In this document: piece by piece, positions 53,546 through 63,213 of the stretch
Position numbering within the stretch: position 1 is the stretch's first letter
Layout: the number at the start of each line of letters is the position of its first letter
Source: Candidatus Omnitrophota bacterium
GTDB taxonomy: Bacteria > Omnitrophota > Gorgyraeia > Duberdicusellales > 4484-171
Direction of reading: 5' to 3'
DNA: 64,000 bases
Assembly: GCA_021735655.1 (NCBI GenBank)
Contig: JAIPGM010000001.1
Coordinates: 192,001-256,000 of the forward strand
Translations under genes and position numbers: made by a program
Notes under the pieces: model-generated
Told to the model about the DNA's origin: nothing
What the model saw: the letters and a program-made list of their open reading frames with translations, nothing else
Databases searched by the model: none

Positions 53546-54760
53546 ATGTCGGTGAAACTTAAGCGTCTATTTGGATCATTTGTGAGATTGTGTTCATTTA
53601 TTGTGCTTATCTTTAGGCCTTACGCCGATAACGAGATTCAGGCATCTAGTGAGCCTTTGCCCGGTGAGCATAAAAATATACCGGCACCTTTCTATCCGCC
53701 GAAAAATTCCAAAATTATATCTTTACCACAACAGAAACAAGTGGTTACGACTGAAGTTTCGATAATAAAAGGTTATAATTTATATTCTATTACCAGAGAA
53801 GCTATCGATGCAATCGGTGGTATGAAAAGTATAGTAAAAAAGGGTAATAAAGTATTTATAAAGCCTAACTATGTAAGTGGCGGCCTTAATGGGCATGATC
53901 CAGTTACAACCGGAGAAATTGCTCATCCGGAAGTAGTTGCTTCGGTAGCGGAAGAATGCTTGAAGGCCGGAGCTAAAGAAGTAATAATTGGTGAGTGGGT
54001 CGAGCGTCCTTATAAAATAAACTTTGGTGGCGAGGAAGGAAAAGATGGTGCTCAAGTTAAGCATTTAATCGATTTATTAAATAAAAAATATGGACATAAG
54101 ATTTATTTGATAAATTTAATGGACCATACTACTAATTTTAAATACTTTCCTTCAAGGACTAAATTAGGCTTTTTGGCAATTCCTGACATAGTAGCTGAAG
54201 CAGATGTAATTATCTCGATCCCTTCTCTGAAAACTCATCATAAACCATGCCCGGTAAGTTTAGGTATGAAGAATTTTATGGGTATTATGCCTTCTATTTT
54301 TTATGGCGAGCCGCGGTATAAATTGCATGAAGCTGGAGTTCATCAGGTAATAGTGGACATTAACCAAGCTTTAAAGCCATCTTTAGTTGTTATCGATGGA
54401 AGCTTTGGGATGGAAAAGGGTGGTGCCTCAGTGTTTTTAGGAGGCAAACCAGTAGATGTTAGCAAGCGTATAGGAGGGTTTTTGGTGATTGCCGGGAGAG
54501 ATCCGGTGGCGACAGACGCAACTGCTACTCGGTTGATTACTAAAGATTGGGGGCCGAGACCTGAAGATTCCAATTTGGGTACTCCTTGGTATGTACATCA
54601 TCTTCGGATGGCTAGCGAACAAGGATTGGGGGTTTTGGATGCTTCGCGAATAATTATTAAGGGTGAGAGCTTAAAAAGCGTTGAAATGAATTGGCAGGCT
54701 TCGGATGATGGAGTATATCCTGAAATTAAGAAAGATGAAAATCCTAAAGACAACAATTAA
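53546..54760 (+). CDS. DUF362-family protein, LarA-related (candidate nickel-pincer-nucleotide-dependent enzyme), with N-terminal hydrophobic segment
   Basis: The DUF362 blocks are VFIKPNYVSGG...EVIIGEW and VVIDGSFGMEKGG. IVAEADVIISIPSLKTHHKPCPVSLGMKNFMGIMPS aligns with the LarA catalytic-core segment KVAAEADLLISEGFIESHFFAGFSGGRKSVLPGIAS, with His and Lys preserved. Which LarA catalytic residues these positions correspond to is from memory. Confidence 0.5.
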   Translation: MSVKLKRLFGSFVRLCSFIVLIFRPYADNEIQASSEPLPGEHKNIPAPFYPPKNSKIISLPQQKQVVTTEVSIIKGYNLYSITREAIDAIGGMKSIVKKGNKVFIKPNYVSGGLNGHDPVTTGEIAHPEVVASVAEECLKAGAKEVIIGEWVERPYKINFGGEEGKDGAQVKHLIDLLNKKYGHKIYLINLMDHTTNFKYFPSRTKLGFLAIPDIVAEADVIISIPSLKTHHKPCPVSLGMKNFMGIMPSIFYGEPRYKLHEAGVHQVIVDINQALKPSLVVIDGSFGMEKGGASVFLGGKPVDVSKRIGGFLVIAGRDPVATDATATRLITKDWGPRPEDSNLGTPWYVHHLRMASEQGLGVLDASRIIIKGESLKSVEMNWQASDDGVYPEIKKDENPKDNN

Positions 54761-55676
54761 GTGCATATTTTATTGTTTTCTTTTGATTTATTCTACTGGA
54801 GGAGATGTCCGGTCAGAAACCTCTTTGGTAATCGAAACTAATGATTTACAAGGATATTGGAAACAGGGGGTGGTTGGATCAAGAAAAGTAGTTTTTACCG
54901 ATAAGGCAGATAATTTTTCAGAGATTAGAGCATCTGTGCCTAAAGATGGAAAATATAATTTATTGGTATATCTTCATCATGATTGGAGAAATAGAGAAGC
55001 TTTCCCTGGTATTTATGTTGAAGCGGTTGATTCAAAAGGAATCCAGCATAAAGGGTATCACCTAGTTGAAAATATTTGGTATTTAGATGAAGAAGCCCAA
55101 GGTCGTTGGTTTTTTGTTTCCTTATCAAAAAATCCTTATTGGGTTCTCCCTCAAGGAGAGTTGTATTTAAAATTCTGGGCTGTGGGAAAAACCTTTCCCT
55201 GGGAAGGTCAATCCATTCCTTTAGAAGGTAAGGTTTCGATTAATAGTTTTTTTCTTATGCCGGTATTTAACTCCGATTCTGGTATGTTTTCTTTAGGCAT
55301 AATTAATCCTGAAAGCGGCAAGGGGGATTGGGAGGTTCATAATTATCATCCGTTGCATGCCACCAACTTTATTAAGACCGATAAAAAAAATGCACAATTT
55401 TTGTGTGAAACCGATATTGTGAAGGCAGGGTATTATCAAGCATTCCTTTCAGTTTTTTCGCCTTCAGGTGGTAATTTGGAGTTAAACTTGAAAGGCCAGT
55501 CAGACAATAGGGCAACCGTCATCAGATTAGATTCTAGTAAGGAGTGGTTGTTGATTCCAACCGAAACTATGTATTTAGATAAAGGCTATTATTCGTTGAT
55601 GTTTAAAAATTTAACCTCAAAAGAAGTAATGATTGATTTTGTTTTCTTAGCGCCATCGGAAAAATCTTTTAAATGA
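54735..55676 (+). CDS. Secreted protein of unknown function
   Basis: The ATG at 54735 gives MKILKTTIKCIFYCFLLIYSTGG, a signal peptide. The ORF-track start 54705 would overlap the upstream gene further. The rest of the protein is Trp/Tyr-rich and beta-rich. Confidence 0.4.
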   Translation: MKILKTTIKCIFYCFLLIYSTGGDVRSETSLVIETNDLQGYWKQGVVGSRKVVFTDKADNFSEIRASVPKDGKYNLLVYLHHDWRNREAFPGIYVEAVDSKGIQHKGYHLVENIWYLDEEAQGRWFFVSLSKNPYWVLPQGELYLKFWAVGKTFPWEGQSIPLEGKVSINSFFLMPVFNSDSGMFSLGIINPESGKGDWEVHNYHPLHATNFIKTDKKNAQFLCETDIVKAGYYQAFLSVFSPSGGNLELNLKGQSDNRATVIRLDSSKEWLLIPTETMYLDKGYYSLMFKNLTSKEVMIDFVFLAPSEKSFK

Positions 55677-57244
55677 ATTTAAAAGCAATACCACAAAATA
55701 AAGTTTTAATAATTTTTGCTATTTTAATCGTTGGTTTATTACTGCGTGTATATAAGTTAGATAGTAAGAGTCTTTGGTATGATGAAGCCTGCGCTTTAAG
55801 CTTTACTGAGTATAATTTGAGTGATGTGCCGTCTCACCGTTATATAGCTAAACCGGTATATTTTTTAATTTTAAAACCATGGGTTAGTTTATTTGGATCC
55901 AGTGAATCTGCTGGTCGGTCTTTATCAGTTATTTTTGGGTTAGTTTCAATTTTTTTAATCTATAAACTAGCTAAAATACTTTTTGGCCGGTCAGTAGGAG
56001 CGTGGAGTGCTTTTATCTTGGCTATCTCGCCTTATCATATTTATCATTCCCAGCAGCTAAGAAATTACAGCTTATTTGTTTTGCTGGGTATTTTGTCGAT
56101 GTTTTTATTTGTAAAAAGCCTGGAAAAAACCAAAAATAGTTTATATCTTGTTTTTCATACCTTGATCAATGGCCTTCTTATTTATACGCATCCTTACGGA
56201 ATATTTATAATAATTGCTCAGAGTATAGTTTTATTTGCTCAAAGAAAGAGAGTAAAATTTAAAAGAAGATGGGTTATTTCCCAGATAATAGTTTTATTAT
56301 GCTTTATTTCTTTGGTTTCGGTGATAGTCACAAACCCTAAGACTAATGAAATCGATTATATTCAGAAACCCGATCTTGCTTTGGTGCTTGAAACCTTTGA
56401 GGCTTTCAGCTACGGGGGGCCCAGGCAGGCGCATGGTGGTTTGGGGTTTTGGATTGATTCCCAGCGTTTAGTTGTGCCCAGAATTACTGTTTTTATATTT
56501 TTGATTTTCTGTTTAATGGGATTAATCCCTAAAAAGAAATTCAGGAAAGATTCTGACCTTTCTTCTGATCCCTTAGGCGGAATTATTTTGATTTTGCTCT
56601 GGCTGGTAGTGCCGATTATTTGTGCCTATAGTTTTTCAAAGATTTTTTTTCCGATTTATATAACTAGGTATCTCGTTGCTTCCGCCCCGGCTTTTTATAT
56701 CATTGTTGCTAGGGGAATAAGTCAGATGCCAAGATTAACTCGTCAAACAGTTATTCCAGTAGTTATTATTTTTCTGTCAGTATTTTCTTTAAACATTCTA
56801 TATAATCCGCAGGTAAAAGGCGACTGGCGAGATGGGGCTATTTTCTTAAAAGAACGGATAAAAAAAGAAGATGCTATTGTGTTTGTCCCTTTACAGCAAA
56901 TTGTTCCTTTTTGGTATTACTATAAATACGGCCAAAAGCATGCCTTAAAGAACATAGATAGATTTGGCAGGCTGGTAAACGGAAAGCAGTATCGGGAGTT
57001 TTACGATAAGGCTAATTTTATTACGGGTATAGAATTAGATGCCCGGCAAGAGGATATAGAAAATAACTTTAATAATCTAGCTAAGAACGATGAAGATATC
57101 TGGCTTATTGTTTCTCCGGGGTGGATGTCGCAGAAATCCCTTGAGTTTACGCAGAAGTATCTTGATGAATTTTATGTTTTAAAGAGTAAAAGTTCTTATT
57201 CTTATAATGGTGTGGAAATTTTACAATATAGCGTTAAAAATTAA
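55673..57244 (+). CDS. GT-C fold membrane glycosyltransferase, PMT/ArnT-like (third paralog)
   Basis: The first-loop motif is KSLWYDEACALSFTE. The DE hallmark and TM topology are the same as in the 41908 protein, including the downstream block QQLRNYSL, which is comparable to QEARNYSL. Confidence 0.7.
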   Translation: MNLKAIPQNKVLIIFAILIVGLLLRVYKLDSKSLWYDEACALSFTEYNLSDVPSHRYIAKPVYFLILKPWVSLFGSSESAGRSLSVIFGLVSIFLIYKLAKILFGRSVGAWSAFILAISPYHIYHSQQLRNYSLFVLLGILSMFLFVKSLEKTKNSLYLVFHTLINGLLIYTHPYGIFIIIAQSIVLFAQRKRVKFKRRWVISQIIVLLCFISLVSVIVTNPKTNEIDYIQKPDLALVLETFEAFSYGGPRQAHGGLGFWIDSQRLVVPRITVFIFLIFCLMGLIPKKKFRKDSDLSSDPLGGIILILLWLVVPIICAYSFSKIFFPIYITRYLVASAPAFYIIVARGISQMPRLTRQTVIPVVIIFLSVFSLNILYNPQVKGDWRDGAIFLKERIKKEDAIVFVPLQQIVPFWYYYKYGQKHALKNIDRFGRLVNGKQYREFYDKANFITGIELDARQEDIENNFNNLAKNDEDIWLIVSPGWMSQKSLEFTQKYLDEFYVLKSKSSYSYNGVEILQYSVKN

Positions 57245-57259
57245 AGGTATATATTTAAA

Positions 57260-59194
57260 ATGATTAAGTTTTTATATCAGGAAATGTACCAGCGCAGAAA
57301 TATTATCGCAATTTTAGTCATTATGCTTATTGTCGGAATGTTCTATTTTCCGACGATAAAGGATATCGATTCTACAATTATAAGCGAGGATGACTGGTTT
57401 GGTTTTTATTACTATGCGGGCATATCAAGATTAACAGCCTTGAAATATCATCAGTTGCCGTTGCGTACTCCTTATCTAGGCGGAGGGTACCCTTCGATTG
57501 CTCACCCTTTCGATTATACCCTAAGCCCTTTTTTCTTTTTTATTTTATTGTTTGGGGAAGTAGCAGGATTAAGGTTGATGGTGTACTTTATTTTTATGTT
57601 TGGTTCTTTGGGGATGTTTTACTTTACTAGATATGTTTTGAAATACAATCTCATGGGAGCTATTTTCTCTTGCTTGACTTTTTCTCTCTGCAGTTGGGGG
57701 GCTTTTGAGGTAGTTGACGGAAATATCCCTAAGATATTTTGTTATCTTTTGCCTTGGCTATTTGCTTTTTTGCTGCAATCTAAAAAAGATAAGCGATTCT
57801 TAATCCTTGCTTGTTTAGTTTTGAGTCCGATTCTGACCCTATCTGGTTTATCTTTTATCCCGGTAGTGCTGGCTTTGTTTTTATTAGCCTGCTTTTATGC
57901 CGTCAGTATAAATAAGGGGTTTAAGTTTAAAATCAGAGGATCGTATATAGCTTTTTTTCTGGCCATAATAATCGGAACCTGTCTTTTATTTGCTATTAAA
58001 GTCATTCCGATGTTTGAACTTTATAAAATGCGCACAGAGTATATTCATTTGCCATACGAGAATTCTTATTCTGCGATTTCCCGAGCCACTAAGGCCTTTG
58101 GCGCTTGTTTGGATATGGAATTACTTAAAAAGTCCTTGTTGGATAAGAGCTTTCGTGGATATTCAACAATGTATTTAGGGTATCTTCCACTCGTTTTTAT
58201 GTTTTTATCGATTTTAATCTATGCAAAAAAAAATATGCGCTACATATTGCTTCTGATCGTATTTGCCCTCATTCAGTTTGGATCGAGAAGTCCCCTGGAT
58301 TTATTTAAGATATTTTGGCAGATTCATCCGTCAGTTCATGGGATATGGAGGCTTAATAAATATTTTGGTTTTTTTATTCCCTTTTTTATTTCTATAATTG
58401 CCGGGAGGTTTTTCTTAATTTTTAGACATAAAAAGATAATTAAACCGCTGGTATTTATAATCATCGGGATTAGTGCATATCATATGTATTCGAATAATAG
58501 ATTGATTTTTAGTCCTATGGTTTACGAAAGAAAGCCGTCTTTGGAGGTGTATGATTCGTTTTTTCCGGTTGAGATAGAAAACACTACCATAGAAAGAGCT
58601 TGGCCGGGATTTCATGAGGTTAAAGACATACGGTCCTATCAGCCTTTTTGGTTGCTGTTACGTCAAAATATAGGAGTGGTGAATTTTAATTGGTCGGGGA
58701 ATTTAAACCTTTCTCAATACGCTCAGCCTAAATATATACTTCCTACTGGTAAACAGGTAGGAGAAATTGTCTATGTCCGTGGTTACGAACAGTTATCCCA
58801 AGATATAAATGTACCAATTGATTTAATGACTGTAGCAAGGGACAACCCTCATTATCAAGGAGAAGTATTTTTTTTGAAAAAAAACAACAAGGTGGACTCG
58901 ACATATCTTAGTCCTAATATAGTAAAAGCTGATGTTAGTCTTAGAAGTCCTGATCGGCTTATTATAAATCAGAATTACCACAAGAGTTGGACAGTGGACA
59001 AGGGCAAGCTGATAAATCACAAAGGCTTGCTGGCAGTTGAGCTTGTAGATCAAGGTGTTCATCAGGTGACATTTAGATATGTTCCTCTAGATTTTTATTT
59101 AGGCGCGATTGTAAGTTTTTTTACACTTATAGGTATGTTGGCTTACTTTTGGTTCGTGCCTGGGAAAAAAATTAGTTTCAATAAAGCTAAATAA
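57260..59194 (+). CDS. Polytopic membrane protein with C-terminal soluble domain, GT-C-like architecture (paralog A of a tandem pair)
   Basis: It is 644 aa, with about 12 TM segments over the first ~430 aa. It is clearly paralogous to the next gene over its full length (DWFGFYYYAGISRL...LPLRTPYLGGGYPSIAHPFDY, compared with DWSFYTFYASAYRT...LPIRTHLLAGGYPLIAHPRDW). Confidence 0.45.
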   Translation: MIKFLYQEMYQRRNIIAILVIMLIVGMFYFPTIKDIDSTIISEDDWFGFYYYAGISRLTALKYHQLPLRTPYLGGGYPSIAHPFDYTLSPFFFFILLFGEVAGLRLMVYFIFMFGSLGMFYFTRYVLKYNLMGAIFSCLTFSLCSWGAFEVVDGNIPKIFCYLLPWLFAFLLQSKKDKRFLILACLVLSPILTLSGLSFIPVVLALFLLACFYAVSINKGFKFKIRGSYIAFFLAIIIGTCLLFAIKVIPMFELYKMRTEYIHLPYENSYSAISRATKAFGACLDMELLKKSLLDKSFRGYSTMYLGYLPLVFMFLSILIYAKKNMRYILLLIVFALIQFGSRSPLDLFKIFWQIHPSVHGIWRLNKYFGFFIPFFISIIAGRFFLIFRHKKIIKPLVFIIIGISAYHMYSNNRLIFSPMVYERKPSLEVYDSFFPVEIENTTIERAWPGFHEVKDIRSYQPFWLLLRQNIGVVNFNWSGNLNLSQYAQPKYILPTGKQVGEIVYVRGYEQLSQDINVPIDLMTVARDNPHYQGEVFFLKKNNKVDSTYLSPNIVKADVSLRSPDRLIINQNYHKSWTVDKGKLINHKGLLAVELVDQGVHQVTFRYVPLDFYLGAIVSFFTLIGMLAYFWFVPGKKISFNKAK

Positions 59195-61128
59195 TGAGAG
59201 TAGATAAAAAGTATCTTCTAAGTGTATTACTGATAGTTATTATGGTAGCGATGGCTTATTTTCCTTTATTAAAAAATATAAATTCTATGATCACCAGCGA
59301 CAACGATTGGTCTTTTTATACTTTTTATGCTTCTGCCTATCGCACTAGTGTGCTTGAATATAAACAACTTCCGATACGAACTCATCTCTTAGCCGGAGGT
59401 TATCCTTTGATAGCTCATCCTCGTGATTGGAGCTTGAACCCTTTGGCTTTTTTAATCCTTATATTTGGTGAAATCGCCGGACTAAAGCTAAGCATGTTTA
59501 TTTTATTTCTTTTGGGTGGCCTAGGGATGTTTTATTTGGCTAAGAATGTTTTGGGCTATAACTACCTAGGTGCCTTATTTTCTTCATTTTTATATATATT
59601 TTCTAGTTGGGGAGCTTACCATACTGTTCAGGCAAATTTTAGCGTTCTTTTAAGCTATATGCTCCCTTGGGTGATTGCTTTTTATCTTAAATCTATACAT
59701 AAAAGAAAATTTATTATATACGCTTCATTGGCTTTGGCTATGGTAATTACGCTTGGTTCCCTTCTTGTCATACCGACAATTATTTTCTTTTTCATTTTTT
59801 CCCTTATGAAATCTTTAAGCATTCAGAAGCGGTTGAGGTTGAGGTTTAATTCAGGGTATTTAAAGAATTTTACGATGATAGTTTTATGTGCTGTTTTGTT
59901 GTGTTCGGTTAAAATATTGCCTATGGTTGGATTGTTGAATTCACGAACCGATGTCTATTTTCATGGCGCCGGTGAAGAAACCACTTATGATACGATAGAT
60001 CGAAACCATTTTTTTACTTCCGAAAAACTCATTAAGTCAATTTTTGATAAAGGGTACCAACATCGTTTAAAAATTTACTTTGGCTATATTCCTATAGTTT
60101 TTTTTCTGCTAGCTTTATGTTTTTATGGCAAGAAGATGTTTTCGTTTTTCTTTCCGTTCATATTTTTTACCATAGTTATGTTCGGGCCCTATAGCCATCT
60201 AGATTTATATCGATTATTATGGAATTTACACCCTTTCATTCGAGCGATTGTTGAACAAGATAGGTACTTTTTGCCATTTGTTATTTTTCCGGTTGCCCTT
60301 ATATCGGGTAGCGTTTTTCTTTTACTGAAAAGACTAACGAGATTTCGGCCGTTTTGGGCTATCGCAGTAGGAATACTTATAATCTATAGCTTTTTTGATA
60401 CATTTTTTGTTCAGCAAAATATTATGAAGCGGATAGTATATAAGCCAGTTCCGAATACAGCTTCTTTCATTCGGTCACCAGAATCATTTTTCCAGATTGC
60501 CTTTGATGATCCGATTCAAGATATCGAAGAAGAAAAAGGAGAGTTGTCAGTTTGCAGCTCTTCTAATTCCCCTAAGCCTTGTCGGCCGCAGGACTATGTA
60601 TTAATTAAAGATTATACTAAAATATTTCCCCTGATTCGTCAGAATATCGGCGTGGTAACTTTTTGTGGATATGCTGAAAGCTTAGACATAGCCGAATCAG
60701 CAATTCCTAAATATATCATTAATAAGAATAACTACTATGAGCCATTTAGCAATATACATCAATTTAGGTCTATAGCTGATAAACTTGCCGTTAATCCTAA
60801 TTACCGGGGTGAGGCCTTTGCTTTAGGTAAGGACAATAAAATAGAGATTGTGTCACTGGGGCCGACGCGAATAGAAATAAACGCTAATTTTTTAACGCCT
60901 GATACTCTGATTATAAATCAAAATTACCATAGAAGCTGGAAGTCAAACACAGGATTGATTGCTAATCATCAGGGGCTTTTAGCGGTAGATTTACCCGAAG
61001 GAAGGCATGATATTGTATTGCGATATGTTCCTTTAGATTTTTATTTAGGCGCGGCAATTAGCCTGTTGGCTTTGCTGGGTATTGGTGGTTATATTATTTT
61101 TTTAAAGAATGAGCAGGATGGAGAATAA
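59194..61128 (+). CDS. Polytopic membrane protein, GT-C-like architecture (paralog B of tandem pair)
   Basis: The two paralogs have the same length (644 aa) and collinear similarity, including the C-terminal LIINQNYH[KR]SW...GLLAV[ED]L...RYVPLDFYLGA. TAATG start-stop overlap with paralog A. Confidence 0.45.
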   Translation: MRVDKKYLLSVLLIVIMVAMAYFPLLKNINSMITSDNDWSFYTFYASAYRTSVLEYKQLPIRTHLLAGGYPLIAHPRDWSLNPLAFLILIFGEIAGLKLSMFILFLLGGLGMFYLAKNVLGYNYLGALFSSFLYIFSSWGAYHTVQANFSVLLSYMLPWVIAFYLKSIHKRKFIIYASLALAMVITLGSLLVIPTIIFFFIFSLMKSLSIQKRLRLRFNSGYLKNFTMIVLCAVLLCSVKILPMVGLLNSRTDVYFHGAGEETTYDTIDRNHFFTSEKLIKSIFDKGYQHRLKIYFGYIPIVFFLLALCFYGKKMFSFFFPFIFFTIVMFGPYSHLDLYRLLWNLHPFIRAIVEQDRYFLPFVIFPVALISGSVFLLLKRLTRFRPFWAIAVGILIIYSFFDTFFVQQNIMKRIVYKPVPNTASFIRSPESFFQIAFDDPIQDIEEEKGELSVCSSSNSPKPCRPQDYVLIKDYTKIFPLIRQNIGVVTFCGYAESLDIAESAIPKYIINKNNYYEPFSNIHQFRSIADKLAVNPNYRGEAFALGKDNKIEIVSLGPTRIEINANFLTPDTLIINQNYHRSWKSNTGLIANHQGLLAVDLPEGRHDIVLRYVPLDFYLGAAISLLALLGIGGYIIFLKNEQDGE

Positions 61129-62101
61129 TAAAGGAATTTCGGTGATAGTGCCTTGTTATAACGATCAGGCGACGTTGAAGCTTTGCCTTGATGCAATCGT
61201 TGCTAACCAATATCCCGATTGTGAAATCATTGTGGTAGATGATAACTCTAAAGATTCATCATTAGCAATCGCACGCTCATATGATGCTCAGGTGATCTCA
61301 TCGGGTGAGAATCTTGGCGCAGGCTGGGCAAGGACTCACGGTGCAAGTTTTGCCAGTAAGGACATATTGCTTTTTATCGATGCAGACATAATAATTCCCG
61401 GTGATTTTCTTAGGCGGATAAGCCAAAAGTTTAGCGGGGGAACCTCGGATGTAATTATGGGGGTTATGGATAAGGAACCTTGTAACCGAGGCTTTATGGC
61501 GTCTCTTTTAGCTTTAGAGGCAAATTTTTACCACTCCTGTAAAGATACTGCCATAGATGAGGTGCATACTTTTAGTTTTGCAATAAGAAGGAGCGTGTTC
61601 TCGGCCAGTGGCGGATTTAGTTCTACCTTTAGGGGTGCCGGCGGCGAGGAATACGAATTCGGATATAAACTGACTAATAAAGGTTGCGTTTTAAAAGTAG
61701 ATCCAAAACTTAAGGTCGGGCATTATTTTGATAGTTTTTTTAAAAGAACTGTTAAATTATTCAGAAGGTCTGTTAATTGGTTTTATGTGTTTGCAAAACA
61801 AAGAAGGTTTGGTGTTAAGGGAACAAGTTTAAGGGTAGGGTTAGGTAAAGTATTCGGGTCACTTTTCTTAATAACCCTAGCAATGTCAGCATTAAAGCCG
61901 CAACCGTTTATATATATAAGTTTGATCGTTTTTATAATCGAGCTGTTGTTACTATCGAACTTTTTTTATTTTATTTATAAAGAGAAGGGTACTTGGTTTT
62001 TATTGAGAGCAGTGTTTATTTTACAGTTTTGGTCTTTAGTCGTAGTGGTTGGTGTAATTGTAGGATTTTTACAGATTTTATTTAAGAGTAGGAAATTATG
62101 A
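61109..62101 (+). CDS. Glycosyltransferase family 2 with C-terminal membrane segment
   Basis: GISVIVPCYNDQATLKLCLDAIVANQYPDCEIIVVDDNS is the GT2 N-terminus. The DxD is FIDADI. Three or four C-terminal TM helices are predicted. The ATG at 61118 is an alternative start. Confidence 0.75.
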   Translation: MSRMENNKGISVIVPCYNDQATLKLCLDAIVANQYPDCEIIVVDDNSKDSSLAIARSYDAQVISSGENLGAGWARTHGASFASKDILLFIDADIIIPGDFLRRISQKFSGGTSDVIMGVMDKEPCNRGFMASLLALEANFYHSCKDTAIDEVHTFSFAIRRSVFSASGGFSSTFRGAGGEEYEFGYKLTNKGCVLKVDPKLKVGHYFDSFFKRTVKLFRRSVNWFYVFAKQRRFGVKGTSLRVGLGKVFGSLFLITLAMSALKPQPFIYISLIVFIIELLLLSNFFYFIYKEKGTWFLLRAVFILQFWSLVVVVGVIVGFLQILFKSRKL

Positions 62102-63213
62102 TTGGAAAGTATTTTAAAGCCTTAAAATTTTTATTTTACAATTACCCTACCTATTTAATACTTTTTACTACTGCAAGATGCAATGCTAGATGTCGACACT
62201 GTTTTTACCTTGATTCTATAGATAAGTCTAATGTTGATAGCGAACTTACTTTGGATGAGTATGAAAAAATATCTAAATCTTTGAAACATGTAAAAGCACT
62301 GATTATAACCGGAGGAGAACCTACTCTTAGGGATGATATACCTGAGATTTGCCGTATTTTTTATAAAAATAATGGAGTTCAGTACATAGCAGTACATACT
62401 AACGGTTTTTTTACCGATAAGATAGGGGACATTTCTAAAACGATATTGAATAGCTTACAAGATGCCTATCTGGATGTTAAAATATCCATAGATAATATAG
62501 GCGAAAAACATGATTATATACGTAGCGTAGACGGTATATTTAGTAAAGCGAAAAAGACGATTGGGCTGATAGATAGGATGAGAGAAGATTATCCAAATCT
62601 GGGGTTAGGCGTAGCTACTGTTTTTTCTAGTTATAATTCAAAAGATATACCTGAAGTATTGAATTTTGTAAATGAATTTGAAGTTGATTCTTTTGATTTA
62701 AATTATATGCGCGGCAATGTGGGAATCGAAGCATGCGAAGATATATCGTTAGAGATGTTTGAAAAAGCAATAAATTATGTAAATTTAAATAAAAGGCCTT
62801 CATTGAGGAGCAGCTTGCCGTTGTCGTCTTTTGTCTGGCCAGTGAAAAGCTTGGTATCAAAATATCTCATAGGGGCTTTGCGGAATCGAAAGATGCCTAT
62901 ATCTTGCAGTGTTGCTAAAAAGAAGATGGTTGTTATTTCTGAAGATGGTGAACTGCGGCCTTGTGAGATTTTATCCCAGAGCTACGGTAATTTAAGGAAC
63001 GTTAAGTATGATATATTTAAACTTATCAATTCATCAAAAGCCAAAGAAATTCAGAGGCAGATAGCCAAGGGCGATTGTTATTGTTCTTGGGAGTGCGCTA
63101 TAGTTAACAGCATAGTACACAATTTTAGTACTTACCCTTCAATTTTGAAAGAATGGCTGGCTCAAAGAAAAACTTTTATCAACTTTGTAAAAGAAGAGAC
63201 GAAATTTAAATAA
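62098..63213 (+). CDS. Radical SAM enzyme with SPASM/twitch-like C-terminal Cys cluster
   Basis: The motif is TARCNARCRHC (~62173-62204). The C-terminus is SCSVAKKKMVVISEDGELRPCEI...GNLRNV...GDCYCSWECA. It is in the same family as the 12887, 17592 and 39797 proteins. Confidence 0.8.
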   Translation: MIGKYFKALKFLFYNYPTYLILFTTARCNARCRHCFYLDSIDKSNVDSELTLDEYEKISKSLKHVKALIITGGEPTLRDDIPEICRIFYKNNGVQYIAVHTNGFFTDKIGDISKTILNSLQDAYLDVKISIDNIGEKHDYIRSVDGIFSKAKKTIGLIDRMREDYPNLGLGVATVFSSYNSKDIPEVLNFVNEFEVDSFDLNYMRGNVGIEACEDISLEMFEKAINYVNLNKRPSLRSSLPLSSFVWPVKSLVSKYLIGALRNRKMPISCSVAKKKMVVISEDGELRPCEILSQSYGNLRNVKYDIFKLINSSKAKEIQRQIAKGDCYCSWECAIVNSIVHNFSTYPSILKEWLAQRKTFINFVKEETKFK

